Positions 1 to 9,431 of a stretch of 64,000 bases of DNA are shown in pieces. The translations under genes were made by a program, and so were the position numbers. Source of the stretch: an uncultured Candidatus Saccharibacteria bacterium (lineage in GTDB: Bacteria; Patescibacteriota; Minisyncoccia; Phycocordibacterales; UBA9973). The notes under the pieces were generated by a model. The model saw only the letters and a list, made by a program, of their open reading frames with translations. It was not told where the DNA came from and ran no database searches. The stretch is taken from the NCBI GenBank assembly GCA_964398205.1, contig CAYNLU010000002.1, positions 1,004 through 65,003 on the forward strand, in the 5' to 3' direction. Every line of letters begins with the position of its first letter. Positions within the stretch are counted from its first letter, which is position 1.

Positions 1-310
1 ACTACCTAGTTTGAAAAAAAGTAGAGTATTGGGTGCAATATAATTCTCACCCCATTCATAACCCGCTTTTGTCATTTGTTCTTTTTCAGTATTAAAGTCT
101 TCCATTTTTGAGACCACTAAAACGATATCAATTAATGGTTTTGCTCTCATTCCTGGTATGGAAGTACTTCCAACATGCTCTATTTTTAGAGCTTTGTTTT
201 TAAAAACATCACTCAAAAAAACTTTAATGGAGTTAAATTTATTTACCCAATTTGGATCATATTCAGAAAGAGAATATTTTCTTTTTATATTCTTGTCGAG
301 TTCTTTACTC
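1..310 (-). CDS. GrpB-family (UPF0157) protein; N-terminal part only, gene continues past window start
   Basis: Reverse-strand translation from ATG at 310 gives MSKELDKNIK...EHVGSTSIPGMRAKPLIDIVLVV, the GrpB nucleotidyltransferase-like motif. No stop before position 1. Confidence 0.55.
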
Positions 311-631
311 ATAGTCTTCAAGTGAATAAATATCAAAAGCCATTTCCTCGTATGGATGAACTTTTCTCACAGTCTCGATAACTTCTTTTAAAATAGTTCT
401 AGGAACTATAACCTCGATTTTTTCTTCCTCAACAGCCTCATATCTCAGTGATTCACCAATAGAAGGGTTTGAGTTCTCATTTCCACGATAGCGACCAGTG
501 CCCCTAGTAGAAAAAGAACAAAAATCATAATTACCGATTTTACCCGCCCCCGCATTACCAAGTGTCTCACGCACGATGTCTGTGTGAGTTAATGGTGTAA
601 ATATAATAAGTTTTACATTTTGTGATTGCAT
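305..631 (-). CDS. small PII/CutA-like protein (homolog of the Nif3/YqfO insert domain, COG3323-like)
   Basis: 108 aa. AGAGKIGNYDFCSFSTRGTGRYRGNENSNPSIGE matches the conserved insert-domain motif of YqfO-type Nif3 proteins. Confidence 0.4.
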   Translation of the reverse strand: MQSQNVKLIIFTPLTHTDIVRETLGNAGAGKIGNYDFCSFSTRGTGRYRGNENSNPSIGESLRYEAVEEEKIEVIVPRTILKEVIETVRKVHPYEEMAFDIYSLEDYE

Positions 632-635
632 ATTA

Positions 636-1136
636 TTATTTTTGACTTAGTCTAAGTTTTTCAGCGAGTATTTTTAACTTTTCAGGATCAGCTTTTGGTC
701 CACCACCTGAACAAATCCATCCTTCATATTTATCAAACCAAAACTCTTTACCCGAAAGTACTTGTTGCCATTCTCCACGTTTAAGATTCTCAGTACCGTG
801 CATAGGAACCAATTTTACATGAGCATGGTCAATACCTGTTCCCTCCATGATAACACCCACCCGTCCTGTATCTTCAAAATAATTTTCTAGAATTCCAGCA
901 ACGTATTTGCTTGCAATGATTAATTTTTGTAAAGCCTCGTCTGGCATTTTCATAATATCGCTTCCGTGGTGTTCTTTCGGGATAACACAAGAAAAACCTT
1001 CAGTGTTTGGATCTATTGAAAGAAATGCCATATGCTCATCATCCTGCCAAAAAATTCCAGGGGTATCAAAACGACCCTGTGCGATTTCGCAGAAAATACA
1101 TTTGTTATCTTTAGTTGTTGCGTCGTAGGTTGCCAT
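636..1136 (-). CDS. HIT-family (histidine triad) hydrolase
   Basis: 166 aa. Histidine-triad-like IDHAHVKLVPMHG near the C-terminus. N-terminal CIFCEI typical of HIT proteins. Confidence 0.55.
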   Translation of the reverse strand: MATYDATTKDNKCIFCEIAQGRFDTPGIFWQDDEHMAFLSIDPNTEGFSCVIPKEHHGSDIMKMPDEALQKLIIASKYVAGILENYFEDTGRVGVIMEGTGIDHAHVKLVPMHGTENLKRGEWQQVLSGKEFWFDKYEGWICSGGGPKADPEKLKILAEKLRLSQK

Positions 1137-1142
1137 ATATTC

Positions 1143-1448
1143 TTAGTATCGACTAATGTCGTTATTTTTTAGTTTTGATAAAATTGGGTTCGGTATATTG
1201 TTTAAGACTTGTTTTACTTCTCCGTCAGAAATAATTGTTCTAATGAAAGCTGTGATTTTTTCTAGTAGTTCTTCCTCATAAGTATTTTCAATCAAAGCAA
1301 AGCGTACTGTGTTTTCTTCATCTTGTGCATTTTCAGCCAAAAGTACAAAGTCATTTTCTATAGCATACTTCCGAAGATTACCTCTGAATTTTACTCCGAT
1401 AAGGTTTTCTGTAGCACTATTTACTTGATAAATATCCCAGTACAACAT
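1143..1448 (-). CDS. hypothetical protein (acylphosphatase-like?)
   Basis: ORF in the operon. Start moved to the internal Met to avoid a 38-nt overlap with the upstream gene. Weak resemblance only. Confidence 0.25.
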   Translation of the reverse strand: MLYWDIYQVNSATENLIGVKFRGNLRKYAIENDFVLLAENAQDEENTVRFALIENTYEEELLEKITAFIRTIISDGEVKQVLNNIPNPILSKLKNNDISRY

Positions 1449-1449
1449 A

Positions 1450-2085
1450 TTACAAAATGTAGCTATCAGTATTAAATCCCTCAGCAACAGCTAATTTAAT
1501 AAACTGCTCTCTAGTTTCAGGAGTTTTCTCGTAATGCATTGGTATGACTTTCCCAATCCTTTTAAATTTCTTTGCAAAGTCAAACGCTTCTTGCGGACCA
1601 AATGTATAGAAAGTTCCAACTGGTAGTAGCGCTACATCTACCTCAAGATTTGTTACATCAATACCAGACTCATAAAACATATCTCCTGCAAAATACACTG
1701 TTTTATTGTCAGCAATAATAAGAAATCCGAAGTTTTCTTTTAGTGGAGCAGAAACATTTGGTCCGTGATCTACATTGAAAAACTGCACTTTGATACTATC
1801 CACCACGATCTCATCGCCAACTTTCACTGATACAATTTCTGAAGTCAAAGCTTCTTCCCCAAGTGTTTCAATACACTCTGCGTTTAAATATAGTTTCTTT
1901 GGAGACAATGCCTTTATTTGTTCAAGAGAGAAGTGGTCACCATGAATATGAGACACTAACATTTCATCTACAGTAATTCCATTTAGTTTTTCAACTGGAG
2001 TTTTGTTCCCAATATCAAAAGCGAGGCGAAAGCCTGCCTCTGTTTCAAGAATAAAACCTGATTGTTCAAATTTAGTGAGTTTCAT
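1450..2085 (-). CDS. MBL-fold metallo-hydrolase
   Basis: 211 aa. HIHGDHFS metal-binding motif (HxHxDH). Confidence 0.7.
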   Translation of the reverse strand: MKLTKFEQSGFILETEAGFRLAFDIGNKTPVEKLNGITVDEMLVSHIHGDHFSLEQIKALSPKKLYLNAECIETLGEEALTSEIVSVKVGDEIVVDSIKVQFFNVDHGPNVSAPLKENFGFLIIADNKTVYFAGDMFYESGIDVTNLEVDVALLPVGTFYTFGPQEAFDFAKKFKRIGKVIPMHYEKTPETREQFIKLAVAEGFNTDSYIL

Positions 2086-2086
2086 A

Positions 2087-2641
2087 TTATTTTATCATTT
2101 CACTTAGTACTGATAATGCTTCAGGTAGTTCTGTAAATCCTGCTGATCCATTCAAATGCTTCCCGTTCGGTATAAGAATAAGTTTTCCATCAAGCTGTCT
2201 TGCTATTTCTTCTGCATCAGACACTGGAACATTTGGATCATTGTCTCCGTGAATTACAGCCACATGATCCACTTTATTTTTCATTACTTCCCAGTTGAAA
2301 TCTGCATGCAAAAAATTAACTATTTTATCATTTGTGTTTTGATGACATGGAGCAGATGCAACGATGACACCTTTGAGATTTGGAGAATCAAAATGTTCAA
2401 GGTATCGAAGAATAGCGGTGCCACCCAAACTGTGACCAACGAGGTAAATATCATCGTTTAAATTTTTATCAACATGTCTTTTTATTTCTTCTAGCCATTC
2501 AGAGAGAATCGGCTCATCAGGATTTTGCATAGAAAGAGCACAAGCATATACATCTTGTTTTTCTAGTTCAGCCATAAGCCAAGGTCGCCAGCCACCGTTG
2601 GGACTTCCTTGAAAACCATGAATTAAGAAAACCTTTTTCAT
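2087..2641 (-). CDS. alpha/beta hydrolase (RBBP9/YdeN-like serine hydrolase)
   Basis: 184 aa. GHSLGG nucleophile-elbow motif. Size typical of YdeN/RBBP9 family. Confidence 0.6.
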   Translation of the reverse strand: MKKVFLIHGFQGSPNGGWRPWLMAELEKQDVYACALSMQNPDEPILSEWLEEIKRHVDKNLNDDIYLVGHSLGGTAILRYLEHFDSPNLKGVIVASAPCHQNTNDKIVNFLHADFNWEVMKNKVDHVAVIHGDNDPNVPVSDAEEIARQLDGKLILIPNGKHLNGSAGFTELPEALSVLSEMIK

Positions 2642-2676
2642 AAACCTATTTTATCATTTTTCACTTATTTTTTCCA

Positions 2677-4005
2677 TTATGCTACCAATGTAATTTTCTT
2701 CTCTTTCAGTATCAATCTACTCCTCAAATGTCCCATCAGTTCACGCTTCTCCAGTGGCGTTCCTTCTCTCAGCACATACTTTGCATACTCTCTGGTATTA
2801 ACATCATCCTCGTTGATTGAGTATTTGGGTGTACCTTTAGTTGCAAGTCTCTGGAGTCGATTGAATCTTTTAATCTCTTCTTCTAGCTTCATTCTCATTC
2901 CCAGTTCGTTGATACTGACTTTGTCTATGACTTTAAATAGTTCCTCGATCAGTTCTTCCTCTCGTATATACTTGTTCTTGCAATTCCTGTCTCTCGCCTT
3001 TGAGCAGGAATAGTAGACGTACTTGGCGGTCGTACCATCTTTGAGTTCCTTGTACTTCTCTTGTGCCGTTATTCCTGATTCGCACATTCCACAGGTGAAG
3101 AGTTTGGTAAATGCGAACTCTCGATTTTCTCTCACGATTCTGTCTCGCTTTAATTGCTCTTGGGCTTTTTCAAACAGCTCTTGAGTAATGATCGGCGTAT
3201 GGCTTCCTTGATACCAGTTATCGCTATTCCGTGGATACTCGAATGGTCCATAATAGATGGGCATATTGAAGATACGATAAACCCCTGAGAGCGTCAGGGG
3301 TTTATTTCCTCGGGTATAGAAGTTCAGATCAAATCGTAACCAATTGTATACTTTTCTTCCGCTCCACTTTTCGTACACCACTTTCTCAAACATTTTCTTG
3401 ATGATTGGTGCTCGTTCTGGATCAATTACTATTTGGCACTTCCTATCCATGAGTTTCTGATTCAGGTATCCAAGCGGTGCCATTCCAGGCCATAATCCCA
3501 TCTCCACTCTCGTTCGCAATCCTCGCTTCACATTGATGCCTCGATTATCATTCTCAAGTTTCGCTTGGCTTCCTAATATCATGAGGAGAAATTTCTCATT
3601 CGGATTGTTTCCAAATGTCTGCCCGAAAGTTCTTATCATATGCAATTTACCTGCATCCATCAGGTCTACGATTTTTCCAAGGTCACCTGCATTTCTTGAA
3701 ATACGATCTGGTGCCCAAGTCAGTATTGCATTGAACTTCTCTTGCTTGAGTTCCTCAATGATTTCGTTGAAGACTGGTCGCTGTCCTGTTTCCTTTGCAC
3801 TATGACTCTCACGCTTCATGGTGACCACTTCAAGCCCCTCACGATCTGCCAACTGGAGCATTTCGCTTATCTGGCTATCAATACTCAATACTTGCCGTTC
3901 CTCAGATTCTGTCGATTTTCTTGCGTACAGGCAGTATTTGATCTTCTTTGGTTCGATTACTACTTTCGCTACACCTTGCTCTAGGTTTGGGTTTTCTATC
4001 TTCAT
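2677..4005 (-). mobile_element. large serine recombinase (resolvase/integrase)
   Basis: 442 aa. N-terminal resolvase catalytic domain (YARKSTESEERQ...SIDSQ), central recombinase domain, C-terminal Cys cluster (CGMCESG...YYSCSKARDRNC). Confidence 0.85.
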
Positions 4006-4030
4006 ACCTACATTGATGACGCAACTCGTC

Positions 4031-4393
4031 CTAGGAGTCTAGTGCGTCCCGAGTGCTATCTGTTGGTAACTCAAAGGGGTCAAAATCCTCAATTTCTTTC
4101 CTGAGCCTGTCCATGTTTTTTAGAACTGTTTTATATATTTTTGATATTTCCTTTATCTTTTTTTCATCTAAATTCTCATCACACTCTTCTAAAAAATCGA
4201 CGAGATCATCGTCGATAAAGGATGCCAGTGATATGTATGCCCCGACCAACAACTGTATCCTTTCCTTGATGGCTCGTTTCAAATGCTTTTTTGATTCAGG
4301 AAGAGAAGAGATACGGTTAAAAGGCGTACTTCCGTTCGGTTCGTGATATTTGAAATGCTTGCTGGCATCTATTATTGCTTCAATGTCTTCCAC
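4031..4393 (-). CDS. hypothetical acidic protein
   Basis: 120-aa ORF between recombinase and helicase. No motif recognised. Confidence 0.3.
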   Translation of the reverse strand: MEDIEAIIDASKHFKYHEPNGSTPFNRISSLPESKKHLKRAIKERIQLLVGAYISLASFIDDDLVDFLEECDENLDEKKIKEISKIYKTVLKNMDRLRKEIEDFDPFELPTDSTRDALDS

Positions 4394-4515
4394 ATTTCAA
4401 TGAATGACGCTGATCTTCGTAGAAGTCTAGGGTATCTCCAATTGGCAACTACGCCCTTATATCTCAGTCTTTTTATCTGTCAATTCTGGTGCAGAAATGG
4501 TAAAATCAAATAGCT

Positions 4516-7500
4516 ATGACTACAGTAAAAAACCGTCCAAATGAAACTTCTGCCGAAGTTTTGAGTCCAAATATAAAAGTTTTGAGAGAGTACGAAAAAA
4601 AGATTGTTGATCTTACTCGACGAAACCGTCTCTTGAAATACCCCGCAAAAGCTCGGGCTATTTCTTTTAAAATGAACATCTCTGATTTTGAAGAGAGTTT
4701 CGGTTCTGCTGAAGAAATAGAGATTGAGTTTCCGCATAAAGCAATTCTTCGCGAAGAGGAAGAAGTGGTAGAGGATGCTGAAAAGGATTCATCTATTCCG
4801 CCTACAGACGTTCAAGGTAAAAAGCTTATAACGATGCTTCAAGCTTTGAGGCTTGATAGTAAAAAGAAATTTGAAGAACATGGACTCCATACTCTATACC
4901 TCACGATTGGTCGTGTGCGTTGGAAAGAACCAGGAAATGGTCGTGGCTCAGAAGGAGCACTAGAAGAAAAAGACTATGACTACGATGCCCCACTTCTTCT
5001 TATTCCTGTTTCAGTTGAAGAAACAAAATCTACGCCAAAGAAAACAATAATCAGAACGTATTTAGAAGCGAATGATATTGTTTTTAATCCTGTACTACTT
5101 TTACTCTCTGAATTGGAATACGGGGTTCAGATTTCTGGGATACCCTCATTTGAAGAAATCACCAGTCTCTCTGGGGCATTCGATTCACTTGTCAAAATAT
5201 TAAAAAAATCATTTGCAGAATCTAAAATTAAAAATGATATCACTGACGATATTCGTATCGGTCAGTACTCTTTTTATGGTCAACAAATATACGAAGATCT
5301 AAGAAATAATGAAGAAGCAATTTGTGAACATGAATTTGTTGATGGTCTTATCGGCAAAGGTTCTATCATTCAAGAAGGTTTACCGTCAGACTCACAACCC
5401 GATGATCTTTTGGCTGTTGAAGAAGACTTCACTGTTCTAGATGCCGATGTAAGCCAGATGCGAGTTATTCAGAAAGCTGTTCAAGGTAACAGTCTTGTTG
5501 TTCAAGGTCCTCCTGGAACAGGAAAAAGTCAGACCATCGTTAACCTTGTTTCTAACTTACTTGCTCGTGGCAAAAAAGTACTCGTTGTCTGTGAAAAACA
5601 GGTTGCTCTTGAAGTTGTTTTTAAACGTCTCAAAGATAAAGGACTCGACAAGCTTTGTCTGCCACTTTTTTATCAGAACGCTGATAAAAAAACATTCGCG
5701 AAATCTGTTATAAACGATAGAGACTTTCTAATTGAAGCCTATGGACATAGTAGTTCTAGTGATGATACGGCTCTTGAATTGCGTGAAGGTGTCCATACAA
5801 AACTATGGAATTACGCATGTTCACTGGCTACTGTTGTTGAACCACTCAAGCGATCAGTTCAATGGGTTCACGGAGAGCTTGCTAAAGCACAAGCACTTAA
5901 CTCTGATCGGGCAATACCATGGGGAGAAAGTAATCCACTAGTTATTACTGAGGACACGTATCGGAAAATTCTTACGATTTTGGAAGCTGTTTCTCCAGTC
6001 CTCCACAAGATTTCTGATCCAAAATTTTCAGCATGGAGTCAAATACAAAAAGAAAATTTCTCTCCTGACTTCGCAAGTAGAGTTCGAGTCGTACTTGAGG
6101 ATGCTCATTCTGCGATTGCCGAACTTAATTCTCTACAACCCGAATCAATAGGCTTGGATACAATTCAAGGTCTGCAAAAGAATATGGAGACTGTTGAAAA
6201 ATTGGCACAGTTTGAAACTAGCTTATTGCCAATACCACTACGAGATGAAGTCATTCTTAGTGCTGGAATTCAGATTTTAAAACAAACGGTTGAAGTTATT
6301 TCTGCCTATCAAAAACTTACCGAGAGTTTTGGGGATATCTATAAAGTGCCTACTGTATGGTCTTTGAGTAAGCTAGATGTCCAGTCCGTAAATGACGAGC
6401 GTGAAATTAAAGAGATTCGCACCGCACTCGATTCTGCATCTAAAATTGAAGCGATCCTGTCTTCCTTATATTCAAATGTAGAGGCTTGCAAGAACGACGA
6501 TCTCTTGAATTTACCTATTGCTGAATTAATTCATTATCGAAATATTTTAATTCTCGATCCACTTATTATTGGAATAAAGGATTGGAGCGAAGCATCATCA
6601 TTACAGGCTTCTCTTGGATCACTTACAACATTACAAGCTATTTACCGTAAACTTGAAGAAGCAAATGCGGTATTTGAAAAATGGGCAATTATTCGTGAAA
6701 ACTTAAATAAAGAAGATGTCGAAAAAGTATTTACTGAATTTAATAAAAGGTATCATAAATACCTACATTTTTTCTCCCGTGATTATAGGGCAACTAAAGC
6801 GATAGTTTCAGATTGGTGCAACCTCAATACACCGAAAAAGTATGTAGATATTAATCAAGTTGTTTCTGCTGTACGCGACAGCCAAAACCTTGAAGAAAAA
6901 TTAGGTATTCTTCTTGCTCAATTTAACGAGAAGTACATTGTTTCAGGTAAATCAATAACGGTACACGAAATTCCAATTCTTTCAGGTAGTGCAAAGAATC
7001 TCAGCGAATGGATGCGTCAAGAAAATAAGAGCGAACTCCCTAGTCATCTAAAGCAGGTTGTCGAGAAAAACAGTAGTCCTCGTGCAACGAAAGCTTTTAG
7101 CGATTCGTTAAAAGATTTGGAGGTAGTACTCAGTAGTCATTGGAGCATATTCAGTGTATTTTCTGATCTTGATCGTGTCTCAATTGCAAATGTCGCTTCT
7201 AAATTTGGAGAGCTGACAGAAAATGCTCAGAGCATAATTTCTCTCGAAGAGATTGTGGAAAATTTCTTGATAAAGAATGATTCTTCTCGAACTTTTGGTT
7301 CTCTCAAGAAAGATGTCCAGAATCTTAACCAACTCAAAACATGTTTAGACAAGATTGATCCAGATATTTTCAGCTTATTTACAGAAGAGGAAAATCCCGC
7401 CTCGCTTATAAATAAACGTAAGTCTCTGGAAAAGAATATCCTTGAACTTGAGGATCTCCTCTGGCATATTTCAAAATTGTCTAATTATCAAGGTGATATT

Positions 7501-9417
7501 TCACTAAGTGATTCGATACAATTAACCACAGAAGCAAAAGCAAAACTTGATAAATGGAAGTCAGCACTCACAAATTACGAAAAGCACGCTTCGGCTTTAA
7601 ATAAGCTGTTTGAGAATGAGCAAAGTTTAGCAATCCTTGAACCTCTAAAAATTGAGACATTTCAGGAAAAATTATCGGAAATGATCCAAGACCAAGAAGG
7701 TCTTGAAGCATGGATGGAATATCGTCGTTATTCGCACCAGATGAAAGATCTAGGTTATTCTTGGTTTTTGGAATCAGTTAAGGGTAGCGATATAAAAAAT
7801 CCAGCAGCTTTGTTTGCTGAATCACTTTGGAATTCTTGGCTTGAAAATTACTATCGTACCGATCCTGATCTGCGAGATTTCAATGTAAGTGAACACAAGA
7901 AAACTATCGAAGAGTTCCGCAAACTTGAGAAGCGTGTACTTGATGTTAATGCGAAACGAATACTCCAAAGAATTGCTCCTGAGATTAAAAAAGTGAAAGA
8001 GCGTCGTGGTGAGCTTGAACGCTTCTTGCTTCACCAAAGCCAACTCCAAAAGCAACACAAACCCGTTCGACAGGTTGTTATGAAGTGTACTTCTCATATA
8101 CAGCAATATAAGCCTTGCTGGATGATGAGTCCTTTGACACTGAGTTCATATATTCCATATGGCTCACTCGATTTCGATACGGTTATTTTCGATGAAGCAT
8201 CACAGATGCGTGTTGAACATGCTCTTGGTGCAATTGCTCGTGGAAAGCAAGTCATTATTTTTGGTGACGAACATCAACTTCCTCCAACATCTTTCTTTGA
8301 CGTAGCTTCAGATTCAGATGACGATTCTGAGGATGTCGAAGAACAAGATTATGAAAGTATCCTTCATGCCGCACGAACCGTTCTTCCTGAATCAAGCGAT
8401 TCTCTCTTATATCACTATCGCAGTAAGTACGAAGATCTTATTGCGTTCTCAAACTGTGAAGTGTATAAGGATCGCCTTATTACTTTCCCAAATCCAGATC
8501 ATTCAAGTCGTGGGGTTCAGTTCGAGTATGTTGAGGACGGTATATTCGATGGTGGGATCAAAAAGGAAGGTCATGCGGGAACCCGTCGTAATGATATCGA
8601 AGCAAAACGCGTCGTTGAAATGTGTGCCCAGTCTGCGACTGACTACCCAGACAAGTCCATTGGTGTGATTGCATTTAGTAAATCTCAAGAGGTGGGTATC
8701 AGAGACGCGATGATCGAGTTTCTTAAAACACACCCTGAACTTCAGGAAAAATTAAACGAAGATCAAGACGGTAGCGATGCGTTTTTCATTAAGAATCTTG
8801 AATCTGTACAAGGAGATGAACGAGATATTATCGTACTCTCTATTGGATATGGTAAAGATAAAAATGGCAACTTCTTCAATCGTTTTGGTCCTATCAATAG
8901 CGTCACTGGCTACAGACGTTTGAACGTAGCAGTAACTCGTGCAAAAGAAAAGTTGATTTGCGTATCTTCTTTTAAATCGACTGAAATGAAAGCTGGCGAA
9001 ACTTCGCGAGGTGCAAAAATGCTACAGAAATATTTGGATTATGCTGAAAATGGCGTTAAGACTCTCGACGGTAGCCGTCTTGTCGTTGCAGGAGAGGATG
9101 TTGAAGCTGATAGTCCATTTGAACTGGAGGTTAAACGAGCACTTGAGGAACGCGGTTATGAAGTTAGAAAACAGATTGGTGTATCAGGTTTTAAAATCGA
9201 CTTGGCAATCATCAATCCTAAGACTGGGACTGACTACATTCTTGGAATCGAATGCGATGGTGCATCGTATCACTCTTCATACTCTGCTCGAGTAAATGAT
9301 CGTTTGAGAGAAGATATTCTTAGAAGACTCGGTTGGGATATATATCGTGTTTGGTCTCAACATTGGATTTCACACAAGGAAGCAATAATCGAGGATATTA
9401 TCAAAACAATCTCATAA
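4516..9417 (+). CDS. DUF4011-type Upf1/DNA2-like SF1 helicase with C-terminal Vsr/DUF559-like endonuclease domain (HheA-like)
   Basis: 1633 aa. Walker A GPPGTGKSQT, Walker B VIFDEASQM, motif VI LNVAVTRAKEKLI. C-terminal ~110 aa (ELEVKRALEERGY...KIDLAI...GIECDGASYHS...R) has the restriction-endonuclease-like DUF559/Vsr signature. Confidence 0.8.
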   Translation: MTTVKNRPNETSAEVLSPNIKVLREYEKKIVDLTRRNRLLKYPAKARAISFKMNISDFEESFGSAEEIEIEFPHKAILREEEEVVEDAEKDSSIPPTDVQGKKLITMLQALRLDSKKKFEEHGLHTLYLTIGRVRWKEPGNGRGSEGALEEKDYDYDAPLLLIPVSVEETKSTPKKTIIRTYLEANDIVFNPVLLLLSELEYGVQISGIPSFEEITSLSGAFDSLVKILKKSFAESKIKNDITDDIRIGQYSFYGQQIYEDLRNNEEAICEHEFVDGLIGKGSIIQEGLPSDSQPDDLLAVEEDFTVLDADVSQMRVIQKAVQGNSLVVQGPPGTGKSQTIVNLVSNLLARGKKVLVVCEKQVALEVVFKRLKDKGLDKLCLPLFYQNADKKTFAKSVINDRDFLIEAYGHSSSSDDTALELREGVHTKLWNYACSLATVVEPLKRSVQWVHGELAKAQALNSDRAIPWGESNPLVITEDTYRKILTILEAVSPVLHKISDPKFSAWSQIQKENFSPDFASRVRVVLEDAHSAIAELNSLQPESIGLDTIQGLQKNMETVEKLAQFETSLLPIPLRDEVILSAGIQILKQTVEVISAYQKLTESFGDIYKVPTVWSLSKLDVQSVNDEREIKEIRTALDSASKIEAILSSLYSNVEACKNDDLLNLPIAELIHYRNILILDPLIIGIKDWSEASSLQASLGSLTTLQAIYRKLEEANAVFEKWAIIRENLNKEDVEKVFTEFNKRYHKYLHFFSRDYRATKAIVSDWCNLNTPKKYVDINQVVSAVRDSQNLEEKLGILLAQFNEKYIVSGKSITVHEIPILSGSAKNLSEWMRQENKSELPSHLKQVVEKNSSPRATKAFSDSLKDLEVVLSSHWSIFSVFSDLDRVSIANVASKFGELTENAQSIISLEEIVENFLIKNDSSRTFGSLKKDVQNLNQLKTCLDKIDPDIFSLFTEEENPASLINKRKSLEKNILELEDLLWHISKLSNYQGDISLSDSIQLTTEAKAKLDKWKSALTNYEKHASALNKLFENEQSLAILEPLKIETFQEKLSEMIQDQEGLEAWMEYRRYSHQMKDLGYSWFLESVKGSDIKNPAALFAESLWNSWLENYYRTDPDLRDFNVSEHKKTIEEFRKLEKRVLDVNAKRILQRIAPEIKKVKERRGELERFLLHQSQLQKQHKPVRQVVMKCTSHIQQYKPCWMMSPLTLSSYIPYGSLDFDTVIFDEASQMRVEHALGAIARGKQVIIFGDEHQLPPTSFFDVASDSDDDSEDVEEQDYESILHAARTVLPESSDSLLYHYRSKYEDLIAFSNCEVYKDRLITFPNPDHSSRGVQFEYVEDGIFDGGIKKEGHAGTRRNDIEAKRVVEMCAQSATDYPDKSIGVIAFSKSQEVGIRDAMIEFLKTHPELQEKLNEDQDGSDAFFIKNLESVQGDERDIIVLSIGYGKDKNGNFFNRFGPINSVTGYRRLNVAVTRAKEKLICVSSFKSTEMKAGETSRGAKMLQKYLDYAENGVKTLDGSRLVVAGEDVEADSPFELEVKRALEERGYEVRKQIGVSGFKIDLAIINPKTGTDYILGIECDGASYHSSYSARVNDRLREDILRRLGWDIYRVWSQHWISHKEAIIEDIIKTIS

Positions 9418-9431
9418 ACTTCTCAGGTAAT

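Noticed and set aside
907-1128. Numerous 60-120-aa ORFs antisense to well-supported genes (e.g. 907-1128, 2156-2461, 5495-5941, 33356-34021, 54144-54446)
   Set aside because: All are embedded in longer ORFs with clear family motifs on the opposite strand and have no signals of their own.
9333-9431. Upstream extension of the DUF2779-like gene overlapping the helicase 3' end
   Set aside because: Would create an 85-nt overlap in a different frame. The ATG at 9432 gives a conventional 14-nt spacing.
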